From positions 8,331,594 through 8,395,593 of the forward strand of contig OZ199838.1 of assembly GCA_964304625.1 (NCBI GenBank): 64,000 nucleotides of DNA, written 5' to 3'. Positions 13,705-28,700 of this stretch are shown in pieces. The position numbers were made by a program, and so were the translations under genes. Each line of letters opens with the position of its first letter. Positions within the stretch are counted from its first letter, which is position 1. This stretch comes from Kudoa neothunni (Eukaryota; Animalia; Cnidaria). The notes under the pieces were generated by a model that was given only the letters and a program-made list of their open reading frames with translations, had not been told where the DNA came from and made no database searches.

Positions 13705-16700
13705 TTATTCAATTAGTTTTACAATGTTGGCCAAAGTTGCCTCACAAAAACATTTGGAGGCATTATCAATAACCTAAAAAATAAATTACACATTTTTTTC
13801 CTGAAATCGTCCAATAAATGATGTACTTTAAACGAAAGAAGCAGGTCTTCGACAAAATTATTATCCAACAATTTTTTGCATTCGATTCTCAACTAAACAA
13901 TTTCTAAATAAACTGATATATGTATTATAAGGTTACTTTTCTTATAGTTGTTGTCAATGCTGCATTATTGGTACCTAGAATTAAATTTAAATTTATTTAT
14001 TGATATTGATTGAAATAACATACTTTCATTGGAGTGGAAAGTTGAAAGGAAAAACGTCAGATGAATGTATATTAGGTATAGGGATCGTTCCAAGTTATCT
14101 ATAATGCACAAACAGTTAGGGTAATCAGCACAGAACCATACAGCAGCACAACCAACTAGCGAATTACCTGTCAGCAATGATTTTATTTGGCGATACAACG
14201 AGATAAGGTTAGAGAGATATTTCGAGATCAACTGATCTTTTTGAACTGTAGTAGCTTTTCGAAAATCTTTTAGATTGCCATAAGAACGTAAAATTTTTAT
14301 GACAATGTTTGATGACAAAAGAGGACTTCTTGAATCAAGTTCGGTAGTGAGTTTAGTGATGGTATTTTGAATTGATACGATAGCCGAAGCGAACTGAACA
14401 ACCAAATAGGTGAGCAAACCAACTCCAGCGTTAGCTAAGAATGTAGACGAGAAATAGAAAAAAAGAATTTAGTTGATAGACTATTACTTGAAAATTGGAA
14501 ATTTAAATTATTGACTTCTAGTGATGATTCTACGTTGCCGACTCTACCGATTTCCACAACATCAAACGCACACAAGGAAGGATAAAGGAGAAATATATTG
14601 GCACCGCCGCTGTTAGTAGACATAGTTCGATTAAGAACGATGGATTGGTTATCATTATTTAAAGTGTTATCCAGCGTGAGTAACTGGCAAAAATACATAA
14701 TGACTGAATTTTCCGCACACAGTATGTCCAAAGTTTTCGATGCTAGCCCAATGTCACAGTTATCCCACGAGAGTGTGCTGAGATTGGTACTGACGCCAAA
14801 ATCAACATTGGAAAGAGAACAAATTTTTTGGAACATTTTAGAAGATGAGTAACAGGTTAAAAGATGAAGAAGAATATTCTTAATTTTAATACTAAAGCAG
14901 ATATTACCACCAACCAGCATCGATTGAGTAGGTCCGTTGTCGGTTGGATAGCAGCCACTATTGTTCAAATAGAATTTGGATATGGTAGATAGAATTTCGA
15001 CTAAACATCCAGCTAGTTGTTGTTTTAACCATTCGCCTTGATCAAAGCTGGTAAAATTATCATCAAAAATTCCATCAGACACCGAGTCCACCAAAATATC
15101 CACCACAGATTCTCTATGTCTTTCAAACAAATCCAATACAGATGGTATAACATTTGTGACATTATAGGTATCAGTTGTCACAATATTCCTTATCACTCTG
15201 AAAAATGGAAGCAGTATTTTAATTTCAAGTTTGAGATTATTGAAGAGAGCAGGACTGTTGCTGAAAATAAAACGAGGTTTTTGCTGAAAAATTTTCAAAG
15301 AGGATTTATTATGGTAGTTCAAATGGGGAAAATGCTGAATAAGTTTTATAATGAGGCCACTATCGCAAAGATATTTGATACCAATGGCGGTTGAAGAGAA
15401 ACAATTCAAGAAAAACATTACACTTTGGTAGAGACGACAAAAAACAACACTCTCCTCTGGTAAAGTACACACAGAGGTAGGATTGTATCGAAGGTAATTT
15501 TTGTGGGTTGGCTCACACACAAAATTCACAACATTGTCAACAAACTTAGCCTGTGACATGTTAAACAACCAAATATGTTTGTTTTTGAACAACGAAAATC
15601 CATTAGATAAAAATGTAATAGCCAAAGTTTGGGTGATATCCGCATTGGTACCACTAAAGGCATCATGTATCACAACATCAATACAATTGAAATGAGATAT
15701 TGTATTGAGTGATAACTGGAGACTTTTTTTGTAGACGGCAGCTATTCTCGACTTGGTATTATCGTGCTGTTGATCGGTATTGCTTTCATCATTTTTTAAC
15801 ATGAAACTGATACTGTCTTTATACAAATGATCAACAGAAGAGCACGATGAGACGATCGTCAAGTAGATCTCAATAAGTATCAGCATAGTTGCATAAACGT
15901 AGGAGCTAGCGTGCAAATGTTCATTTTGTGAAGTACTAACAATTGTGGTCTTGGATTTGAGGAAGGATGTACAATAACCGAACAATAATTCCAAATGCTC
16001 ACAGCTATAAAAATTGGGAAAATTTTCAAGAGTGTACATATCGATAAGGCCAAATACAAACTTCACAACTTTGTAAATGCAATAACTAAGGGTAACCACT
16101 ATATCGTTGTTTGAGGCAAATATGCTGTTGCGTGCTTTATCCAAAATAATCGATACTAACTGTTGCAACTTCTTCACAACTAGTAAACAGTTTGATTCAT
16201 CAAAATAATTAGTGGCATTATACAACGAATCCAAAACTTTTACAATACTCTTTAGGCAGATAGAGCGCATAAAATCAAGACGTTGAATTTGGTTGGTATC
16301 AACAATCCATTGAAGAATAATACAAACATCGGAGTGAAGAGTAGTTGATGAAAACTTGGAAAATTTATGCAATGTTATAAATGTGGACAACATTTGGGAA
16401 GCATTATTCTCGTCGAAGTAAACCACATCTGTTTTCGGAATTCGATCACACAAGTAGTATTCGGGGAGAGTGGACGATCTTGATATAGTGGATATTAGCT
16501 TTTCGAGATCGCCATTCGAAAAACATTTGAATGCTTTGGCAAATTGAGGCCTGTCCAACACTTCGATGGGAACCGATTCCAACAAATATGGAAGAATAGC
16601 ATCATTATCCTTTAACGTATAATCAAATATGGAGGCGATTCGTTGTCTATTGTTTTGTTTAATCGATATATCAAAATCAGTACAAGTGAATTCCATCACA

Positions 16701-19700
16701 AGTACCATGTATTCGATGAGAATAAACGATGAGGGGTGGTTTTTCAATGCATCCAGAACGTCAAGGAAATAGTCCATTTTTGGTTTAGGCATGTAGAAAA
16801 AATTATACTGCCGTAGATACTTCATTAGAAGTAAGCCGTAACTAGGATGTCTAATGTTGATGTAGAATATTCGTAATATCATCATTTCCGTCTCGAGTGG
16901 AAGTTTAATGTTTGATTGTTCTCTATAGATGTATATTTTTTCGAGAATGTGTATCAATTTTTTGAGAATGTGAGATCTATCATAAAAACCCTCCGATCCA
17001 ATGATATCCATCGTAGTTGTGTTATTTTTGACGCTATTCATAACGGACATATTGTATATATTTTTAAGATGGAAAAATTCCATTGAGGATTTTATTCCAA
17101 ACAGAAGAACATGTGCGATGGTGAATTTGTTGGAAGTTAAGGTCATTTTGAATAGTAATTCTAAAATAACGCGGGTTGTGGTGGTGTTTTTGGATGAGAA
17201 CAAAACTTTATGTGGCTGTTTTAAATTCAGGTCCAAAGTGTTTGTTTGAGCATTGTTAGATTGCGGCGATTGAGTGTCGTCAACAATAACAGAAATCTCT
17301 TCGCTAATTCGAAAAGAAAATCCAAGAACTAGTTTCGAAACTTGAGACTCATCCGAAGTGTACAGACTGACCAGATGTGTTTGGATTTCGGCTTGATTTT
17401 GAATATTTTCATTGAGAAGAAACATTAACGCCCCACACACAATGTCATCAGGTAGAAGCTTATTACAACAGATATCAACCAACGAACGAAGTACATCAAA
17501 TTGTTTGTCGTCAGCCAAAGAAAACAATAACGCGGAAAACTTTCTCGGTGGCAACGACAAGCGTGATTCCGATATCACTTGCGAGATTATAGATTCACAA
17601 TCAAATATGTAACCAAATATGTGGAAACAATGACGAATAACATCACAGTAATAAGTGAAATATTCGTGTTGACGATTGATATTCTCTAGTATTCCAGTAT
17701 TGTAAACAAAAAGATAACAAAACGACCTAATAACTGAACTATCGCTAAGCAATTTAAACAAAAGCGAATAGAGACATGCATCCGAGTACGGCAGGTCGAT
17801 ATCGCTCACTAATTTACTACTGCACATAGTATTGGCATTGAAGTAGGCCATATTTGATAGAATCGTTTTCAAATATGGCACTTTTAATTGATAATAACTA
17901 AGCACATCACGTATCAATCCAAAACATCCAAAAACATAATGTATCTGCTGGAGTTCACTTTTAAAACTATAGAGCTTACAGTTCGGAAACATCTTCTCCA
18001 AGAATAGTACATATATCTCGTAGAATAGTCTTGACTGGTCAAGAGGAGCACTATCACATTGAGTATTCCAACCTATCCAAAATCGTAAGAACGAAATTAT
18101 TTCTGTTACAAATTTGTAACTGCCACTAAGACTAACAGTTATATTCTGTTTGATTGATTTGTAAAGGCGCAACTGAGTGGATGGTTCATGTAACAACTCA
18201 AACACTATCATGGCACATTTATCGTTTCGTGAAAATAAACGAAACAACACCAATATTTTTGTCTGTATTTTAACAGAGTTGGAATTGAAATACAAAGCTA
18301 TAAGGTCAAGAAGAAATGTGTGTTCCACACTTTCCACAACATCAAAAAATAGCTGACAGTTGTACGAAAATAGGTTGCACAGTAGTTTGAGAAAACTGTT
18401 CACCACAAAATAATCAAAGGTACACAATAATTGTGAGGTGCAATTTTGTGATTTGATGGATTCCCATTGAATCAATGTGGACGAAATAGTAACAGAAACT
18501 TGTTTCCCTTGCAACAACTTATTGATAATATCAATGAAAATGTCAATATTGAAAACATTGCTTATGGTTGCATTTTCGTATACCACCTCATGGTTTTCCA
18601 TTAGTGAACTTAAATGCATAGCGGTGGTTTCGTTATAACAGAGGCGATTGAGCACCTTAGCACACACCCCATAAACTTCTCCAGAATTTACATATTGAGC
18701 AAGATTGACAATAAATTCCGACAAAGGATTCTATATGAGAATTAGTCATTCTTGATAGTGATAAAAAAATTGTTAATCGATTATATGAACGTATTTGTTG
18801 AGTATAAATAAAGATATTTCCCAAATTAATTAATAATACAAATGCCTTCCTCAAAAAAGAAAAATTAAAGAGAATTACAATGAAGTCTTAAATTTAAAAT
18901 CGAAATTTAAAAGAAAAGAATTAAACCGACTAGTTAATATTTTGGTGTTGAGTACGTGTGCGTAGTAAAATAATGAATTTGTAAAACTCAGTTGGATACT
19001 TCGAGTAATTATTATGAAATTAATAAAAATAAAAAATAATTTGATCATATTTGTACATATATATTTGTAAATGTGAATTATTGAGTGAAATAAACGTTAA
19101 TATCAATATGACCAAGAGAGTAAATAAATAACGTGATATAATTTCAACTTATATGACAAAGTATCTGACGCCTTAATTACAGACCGACGTTCGTTTGTAA
19201 AAAATGCATATATTTGGGTTTGTACGCAATTTTGTTTAAAATTTTATTATTTTCGCTTTTGATTCGTGTTTCATATCAGATTTTTGGCTTGAAGAGTATT
19301 CATGTTCACACGAATGCATATTGTTTGTTTTTTTAATAGGCAATTCTTTGATAGAAAATAAAAAATTGGCATTACAATCACAAAACGTCATTGGTCGTAT
19401 TAATATAAAATATGGCACGATTAACATCAAATGGATTAATATAGACAAAAGTTAATGATGAACAAATTAGTATCTCTTCCATGTGCAATGTAAGCAATAA
19501 AAAGGTTGAGTATTCTAATCTGACGGATGAAATAAATTCGAATGTATCTGATAAAATGATTATCCTATGAAATAATTTCTGCACATAAAAAAATAAAAAC
19601 TTAAGTCGTTCTAATTATTATGAGATGGAAAAATACTTTAACACAATTTTATGAGGGTTGGGCAACTCTCATGAGAATTAAAATTTTCGAATACAAATGA

Positions 19701-22700
19701 TTGACTAAATTAGTCATTAAAAAATCTAAAGAATGCAACCTTGGGCTACAAATTCCATACAACAAATTGTTCATTTATTTGACGAAAATTAATAAATAAG
19801 TGGATTTCAGCACATCGCCTGAATCAACGGAGACGAATATTCGAGTATTTTATTAATATCTCTGTGACGATACGATTGAAATGTATGTGGTAAGTTAAAA
19901 TTAAATAAGAATTTTAAATGGCAGTGTCTGTTTTGCCGGACGCAATTTTTCTGCTAGAATCATAATTCAATCATTATCATTTTTTCCAAAAAATATCTGT
20001 TATAAATGCAGAATATAAATTTAGTTTCATTTAAGTTTTAGTTGGCAGTTAGATATCCAAATGCATCGAGGATATTCTTAATTCTCGTTGAGTATCAATA
20101 CGAAATGCTTTAAGTTTTCGATGAATCAGTGTATATTTCTCCAATAACGCTAATTATGTGTAGTATAACGCCATAAACGAGTGAAACAACCTTTAAAATA
20201 AAACTGTAACGTTGATAATACCGAGTTCAATCATTACGGGAGGAGAATCTGGCCAAACGCTACTTATGCAAGATATTATACCAGACCTAGAGGTCGGTGA
20301 TGCATTCCCGAGCTTTGGAAAGGCTAAAGAATCAATGAATACGTACTAAAAGCGGGAGCATTTTGTTACTGAGTCGGATATTTCATAACATTTTCAACAA
20401 TAGAAGTTTTGCAATGGATTTGTTAGTTTATTTATCAAGTATGAGGACTGAGTGGGAGCGAGGGTAAAATAGTTAGAGAGTTAACAACACAAACTGTTGA
20501 AAAATTAAACTCAGACATTACCATAAGACATAACACATCATTAATATTATATGCATACAATATTATGTAAGTTCAAATAGATGATTAAATCGAATCATGT
20601 TCCAACAGTTGCACATGCTGTTTCTACATAAGTATAAAGATACCATGTAGACATATTATCTCTATTAGAAAGAAAATAAATATGGATTTATAATAAGACA
20701 AAAAATATGTAATATGACGTGACACAAGAAATATTACATATCATTTATTCAAATAATCAAAGATATACATATTCAGAATCATTTGTGGTGTGTGTAGACA
20801 GCAACCATCGAAATCTCAAGTTAAGGCTATGCTCCGAATTCTACATCTATGCGATATAGGAAGCTAAAATTCTCTGTAAGAAAATAACATCATTAAGTCC
20901 TAAACAAACAGGACTTAATATGATTTAGTAAACGATATTTTTGATTAATTATTCTTGCTCATTTTCAATAGGAATTCTTTGAATAAGGTATATCAGCTTT
21001 TACACTATTCATATATCAACATAATTTAGTCCAAATTAACGTCTGAATCTATTATCAGCAACAATCAAGAAATTTTGGATCCAAAACGTAATGAGAGTGT
21101 CTAGTATAATTTTTATTTACATTTCATTACTGAGGAATCATGAACGGAGCGGGTGGGCATACAAGAAGCAGTTCGAGATAACGACACATCATAAATAACT
21201 GATATGGAAATCTTAGATATTGTGAATGATTCTACAGTTAAATATCAATCTTTGATGTTTATGTGAATTTCATCCATGTTGCCAAATTCACAAAATTATA
21301 GGAATAACGTTGAGAAGTAGACCAAAAGGTGTGTTACAAACAGTTATAGATTTTGGCAACAATTATTTGTATTATAACGATAATAATATAACAATAAAGT
21401 CGATATATAGGATTCAAACATAAGTTTATATGAAATTACACAGTACGAATTTTTTAAAAATTAAAAAGTAGAAAATTCAATATTTTATTAAATTTTAGTG
21501 ATGTATAAATCATTTCGTGGTAATATTTATCTTGTTGTAAGAATTGTAAAAAGTGAATGGGTCAAATAGTTATGTTAAAATACGTCCTTGAACTAATGAA
21601 ACTAAATTTATATTCTGCACTTATAACAGATATTTTTTAGAAAAAATAATAATTATTGAATTATTATTCTAGGATAAAAATCGCGTCCGGCGAAATAGAC
21701 GCAGCCATTTAAAATTTATTACGTTTCTTTAAATAAATAATTATTTAATTTACAAATGAATACTAATTTACACGGGGAATTATAATTAGCCTAATATGAC
21801 CACTAAATATCTTTGATGTCTAACTAGTTGATCCGGGGATTTTTGAAGTAGCGGGAACGGGGATAATATTCTATTACTTAAAATATATACATTTTAAATT
21901 TTTTTAAGATCAAGTGAAATTCAGTCAAATAACATACTGTCTCATTTTTGTATCCCCCCGTTGGTGTTGTCCAAAATTCGTCAATAAACTTGTATTGACT
22001 ATAATGTAGATTTTTGTAGACAGTTGTTATCTAAAAATAATAATTCTGAAAGAAAACAGTCTTTCTACATACCATTAATAGAAAAGACAAGATAAAAGGT
22101 CGATCATATTCAAAACAAAGCTCAGCATGTGCCTCATTGAAATTTAAAGTCCAAAGTTTTCTCACCTATAAAAATAATACAAATGAAAATAAGTTTTGCA
22201 AATTTTACACGACAAATTCATGATTAGAATAAAAATAGCTGTTCTTATGTAAAATATTTAAATGAATTCAGCTTTGAAGATAATTTTTAACTATTAGTAA
22301 AAAGGATTTCCTTCAATAACTACTCTAGATAAATATGCCGAATTCTAAAATTCGAAGCTCCTTTCTAGTTAGAACAAGTTCTTTTTGTGAAAAAAATCAT
22401 GTCGTGCGCTTTTTTTGTAAATTGGCGCTCAAAAATAGACTTATCCAATAAAGTAGTAATTAAAAACTATAATAAATGGTTAATAAAAACGAATCTAGTT
22501 TTATTATTAGCATACATTAAAAACCGCGTGATTCTAACGGGGAGTATTATAGTAGCCCAACAATCACCCCGTATATAATATACGTATTATATAATTAATC
22601 AAATATTTGCACCGAATAATCAGTAGGGAGGCTAGAGTTTACCGTTAAATGATAGATACTGAATCATACGTACAGCAAACATGACTATTACTTATTATTG

Positions 22701-25700
22701 CGTAGGAAACACATCAAAGACGATTCATTCTTTATTGAAAGAATGATAAAATAAATAACAACTAAACGGCTGGAAAAATGAAACGCGTAGAAAATAAAAA
22801 ATTATTACCGACTTTAAAAGAACGAATACGTTAATATAGAATCATCAAAAATTCAATATTCACCATTTTTACGTCGAAAGAAAACAGAGAAAATTTTGAA
22901 AATTTAAACTTAAGTTACATTCGATAAATAAATTTCTTTCATTAAAAATATATCCAAAAAATATAGAAAAATAAAAATGAATAATTTCCAATTCAAATTT
23001 ATTAATTATTATGTAAATTTTGAAATACACCGGCGCATCTTTTACGGATAATTCATCCACAATCATCTTTGGGAATTACACATTTAATTTTCCGAGTGCT
23101 TTTGGGGGTCTATTAGACCCCAAGCCATATTAAAGATTAGTTTTTGACCCTTTCCAATTATCTAAATTTTCTAAAACTCGGTCTATTCTTATAAAATTTA
23201 TTACACTGTATGCTTGCCAAATAAGTTTTAATTATCATTATTTTATGTATAAAATTATGAAAAAATAGAATTGAGAATATTAGCAAAATCCATAGACAAA
23301 AGAAAGATGAAAATGAAATATACTTGCCAGTGAGTTTATACAATTATACACGAACCGCGCTTATTATGAAAATTTGTCTTCATGGAAGCCTTTAACGAAA
23401 TATATTCCGCCGATTATAATTCCTACTTCAGCGAAATCATTGATTCGTCTGATTTTATTGATTCTGTCACTGATGTATCTGAATATGATGACAATAACCT
23501 TATCTGGACAGCAGAAGCTTGATAAATCTCCAAAATACTAAAAGGAAACTTTTTACGTAAGGCCTCTAGCCTTACGAATGTTGCAGCTCAGAGAATCTTT
23601 CATATAACGGATTTTTGACATATTTTTGGATGGCAATTTTTACAGTAATGTTGCGTGTAACGCCAATATGTTTGACTTTCAATATTATAATCATTGCTGC
23701 AAAGTGCTTCCAGCTATTGAAAATGGTTCTTACCATGGTTGGAACACTTAGAGTTAATAAGAGAAATGTTCCTCGTATAATTAAAAAAATAAAACAAGAG
23801 AGTCATTCAGCACACTTTTTCTGTATAATGAAAAGAAAACTCTAGCCTCTCAAGTCCCTACAATAATAAGGATCTGTTAATTAGCCAATTCAACAGCTTA
23901 TACAAATATATTGAACGTTGAAAAAAAGAAGCCAGGTAGCATCAATTATTATAACAAAATTAAATGAGCTATTGATACGATCGATGGGAATTTGACCTCC
24001 ACAAGCTTAAAAAGATATTCCATACGCTGGTCAGCGTATATTTTTTATAATATAGACATAAATCTCTTAAACGCGTTTTGTTTATACAAAATCATATTCA
24101 ATGATGGAAGAATCAAATAAGACTAATCCTTAGAGAATCTTGCTTGCACGTTCCATTCCTTCAGCAATTCCTTGGCGCTAAATTTGTACCTAAGTTAGGA
24201 GCAGGGAATCCAAATAGCACCAGTATTGTTCCAAAAAATCCCGTAAACAATGTGCTGTAAGCCCAAGAAATAGTGATCGTAACACAATGCGTATGTGTTG
24301 TATGTAAGAAACATTGCTGCGAAGAACATTCCTAATGTGCTTGTTTTAACATTTTATTCGCCACAAATAAATGTCTAGGTTACATTATAATTTTCATATT
24401 TTTGAGCGATGAGATTTCTGCTTTGACATACATAAATTGTTGATTAGAGGCAGAGCATCGATTTTATTGTAGATCTGATATAAATAAAGATACTACCGTT
24501 CCTTTCAACTCACAGACAATAATAGGAAAGGTTACAGAAAGCAAATTTTAACTTTTGCATTAGTATATGCGTTTAAGTTGGACGTTGGAGATCTTGTTAG
24601 TTCATTTTGTTGATAACTATTTTGCTGTACCGTAAAGTTTTAATCTAATTATTGTATATGAGATAATTTATAAAGCATTATTTTAAATATTTTTAAAAGT
24701 TAATATTAAATAATATTTCGTAAGAACTTATTTAACAAGAATATATAGCCCTTAATATTGTTCGATTGGTATTGGAAAACTTTGCCGATCATGTTTTTTT
24801 CAAATCTTGTGCGATTTTATCAATAGAATTTTTTTATTTTTGAATGATGAAGTTCTAAAAATTATTTAGATTCATAATATTAAATAAAAAAGTGGGGTCT
24901 AATAGACTCCAAAAGCACTAAGTGTATACAGTAGTTAACCGATTTTTCGCACATTTTTCCTCCTTTAATCTTATTTTTGCTCCGATGAGCATGCGATAGA
25001 AATAATTTTCCTTTAGTTAGATGGCAAATTTGTATAATGTATGTATATTTTCCGTCTCATTCTCCTTAAACCGTCTTTGATAAATGTACATATTGCTTTA
25101 CGATAATTTAGGTTTCCGCATGGATACAAATCCCGTTTACAAACATCTACTGGCTACTTTACTCTATCGTGCAATTTCGCATATTTACTGAGGGTATTCT
25201 GCGTCAAGAGAAAAACGAGAATTAGAATAATATAATGATTCTAATTTTAATAGACGTAACCATATTAACAATAATTTATGTAAAAGTATTGACGAGAATT
25301 CTTTTTTTCTTAGTGTACATGTCGCACGTCCTATAATTTAGATTGGTTCATAAGGGCCCTTAATTATACTATAAACTGAATGTAATATATTATTTAATAG
25401 TATAGTTTAAATAAAATGAGGGTAGAATAATATCGTTGTATAAATTTGTAGGGACAAACTTAATTTTTCCCTGTGATGCGCGCATAAAAAGTGCGAAAAA
25501 TCAGTCGTGACCCATTTTTCACACATTTTTGGCGGCCCCAAGGAGATTACGAAACATCGGTTACCTAATATAGTCGATTTTGAAGCGCTTGGATAGTTAA
25601 ACCAAACAGGAAACAGCCGAGGCGAATTTTCTCCGGCTGCGCACGCAAAATGGCGTTCAATTATAAATACACGAATATATGGGACAAACTAAAAAAATAT

Positions 25701-28700
25701 TTGTAGACAAACGTTAATTTAATTATAAAATAGAATCCTAGTTCATTTTCTAATTATACATAAAGGAAATAGTTTCCAAATAATACGTTTCGTATTATTT
25801 CTCATAATCAAAAAATGTCTTGAATTTTTTCCATTTTCAGAACATGTTTTTCGGATAAAATAGACTTTGGATTGCACATGCGATATTGAATATCTTGTTC
25901 GGTATTACTCTGAGCTTATTTTAATACCTCCATAAATGTCTGCAAGCCAGCATGGTTCTGATCGAATCGGTTACGAAAATGACAGTTGAATGCTTCTGCT
26001 GAATTTGAGGTATGGTTTATTCCCTCAATAACGCGATCGAAAGCATTCCAATTTTCTGTTGAAAATCTTGAACAATTTGTAAAAATGTTTTTGAAATAAG
26101 TTATAAACGATGCTAAATTGACATCAACGAACTTGTTTCTTATATTTTTCAATTTGGTAAACTAATAGCGGACGAAATCTAATGGAACAAAGGCTAGAGA
26201 CAAGGAACATTTGATTTACATTTTGAAATCAGCGTTTATTTCATATACTTTAGAAAATCCTTCTTATTGCATTCGTCTCCAAATACATTGTCCAAAAGGG
26301 AAACGGCAAAATTTTATGGGTGTTTCTTTTGATGCTTTTTTAAAAGCATCAAATACTTGAAACTCAAACTCTATTATCCAAAATTTGGGAAACTTCACTC
26401 TCTTAATCTTGAGAATGGACAAAACTTTGGTATACATTGCTTCGGTTCTATTTACCATTAATAAATAGATGAGTGGAAAATCCTTGCCAAATGTCCTCCA
26501 TTGAATCATGTATAACTGTGAGAACTCTCTTGGCACCGCTTTGAGCGTTCCATTCGATATCCAGACTTCTGAATTATTCAAGTGTACAAGGTTTTGGGGA
26601 GTAGACAAAATTAGGGCATGTTAAGTATCCTTGGAACCGGAGTTGTATAGCATTAAATCTTCATTTCTGAATGATTTGATATTTAAGTCGTATAAATTGG
26701 ACTCGTAGTTGACCTAGATGGAGCCCCTTATTCTAGAATTTTGAATATTTTTATAGATTGAATTCTTTGAAATAATCGTGAGATCATAAAGATTGATAGA
26801 TTTTGTAGCCATAGAATAAACTTTATTAGGTGGATATTTTGTACTTTCAGCCAAATCCTTTATTTTTTGATTAAGAGTAATTTTTTTAATTTCATTATCG
26901 GATAGAGAGTGATTATGGATTCCTCTTTCTTCAATTCTCAAGGTAATATCCAATGGAGAAGTGCTATGCCTTCCTTTACATGTTCTGTATTGACATCTCC
27001 AATATTGACTGTTACCATTAGAACAATCCTTCACATAATAAAATCTATTGAACACGAGTTTACCTCATTTCTTATGGGTTTAAATAGCAAATAATTTGGT
27101 TTATTAGAATTAGATTTACTAGACATGTTGAGTCTTTGTTAGGGGGCATGCGCCAAACAATACTAACATGTGTAATCGTCGACGCGCGTTGTGCGCACGC
27201 GTGTGGAGAGGTGCCGACGAAAATAAACTTAGGAATACGAATTACATTAGGAACAAAATTTGCGACATCGCCGAAATTTAAACATGAAAATCCAGCCAAA
27301 GTATGTTTGGGGCAGTAAAGGATTTCTTAATTGCAGTCGATTGAAGTAAAAACCTTCATTTTAAATCTTCTAATAGGAAATAAATATAAAAGCTTATCGA
27401 CTAGAAAAAGAAAGGGTAACATAACGAAATTAAGACAAAATGAACGTGTCACTTTAGGAAGAAATTTTTGATAGAAAAACGCGAAAATTAAAGAAACCTT
27501 AATTCTCGAGCATAAGCATTTTATACCTTCGTTTTACAAGCGCATGTAATTTAATAATTCAATAAAAATATCCCTATAGCCTCCAGATGATAATATAAAA
27601 TTGTACAAATCATCAAGATGCAGGCAAAAAATATATTATAAGAAAAAACTTAAAGTACAAAGAAATCTATTATGCTCGTTAAAACGCGCGCACAAGTTAG
27701 CATACTACGAAGTGCATGTGTTTTATCAACGCCACCTTAGCCGCGCAACCAAAAAATATGATTCGCTATTCTACAATATTTTCATTTTTGAATTATAACT
27801 ATTACATAAAAGAAAACTAAAATATTTATAGAAACAGAATTTATTTATACGTTGAGACGAATTACTGCACAATATTTTCCATTTCAAAGCATCGCGTGTC
27901 ATGCGCATGACATTAAATTAATCCAATTAAAATTGAATAGGTGACCTTGGGCTCCACGAGCCCATCTGAGTAGTAAATTGAGCATAATTAATTCAAAAAA
28001 TGTTTTTTTTCATTTCAGTTGTTAAAATATTATTTTACATTTAGTTGTAGATTTTCAATGAATTCGAAATTTTTTATTTAACCGATGTTCACCAAAAAAG
28101 GATTATGACAATAGCAATATGCTTTATTTTATTTAAAAGTTAACCTCACAATTGCGCAATATGTGTATCAGTGTCATGTTTGAATTTCTCAAATCAATTA
28201 TCTACCGACAACATTGTTTAGTGGATTTATTCGTTTCTTAGATTGTAAGCCACCAGAAATGAAGAGCTGAAGACCAACAAAATCGGATGTCAACCTGACA
28301 TCAAGCGTTCTCTTGAAGCAGTTAGGTTTAAATTCAACAAGAATAATTCGTCATTTACGGAAAATAACATAAATGATCGGAAACGATGTAGTTTATGTCC
28401 TGCATGTATCATAAGGCGGGACAAATAAGTATGCCATGTGTGTAACAATAGTATATGTAACGAACATTCAATAAAAAAATTACCTGTTTGAGTGTCCCCC
28501 AAAATAAATTATTTATTGTATATCATACATTTTTTATCACGCAAATAACGTATTAAAGGAAGCAAATACAGCTTAAAATATAATGAATAAAGGATAGAAA
28601 TTAATAAGGGTGGCCTCGTCGAGCCCAAGGTCACCTAAATTGGGAGCGCCAGAAGATCACTTATTAAGGGTTAAACACATCAACCACACGATAAAGCTTA

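Noticed and set aside
14598-17612. Plus-strand ORFs (14598, 15038, 15501, 17001, 17412)
   Set aside because: Antisense shadows of the 1429-aa ORF with no recognisable motifs.
21768-22575. Possible Tc1-like relic with TACACGGGG / CCCCGTATA ends
   Set aside because: Inverted match too short and no convincing transposase remnant.
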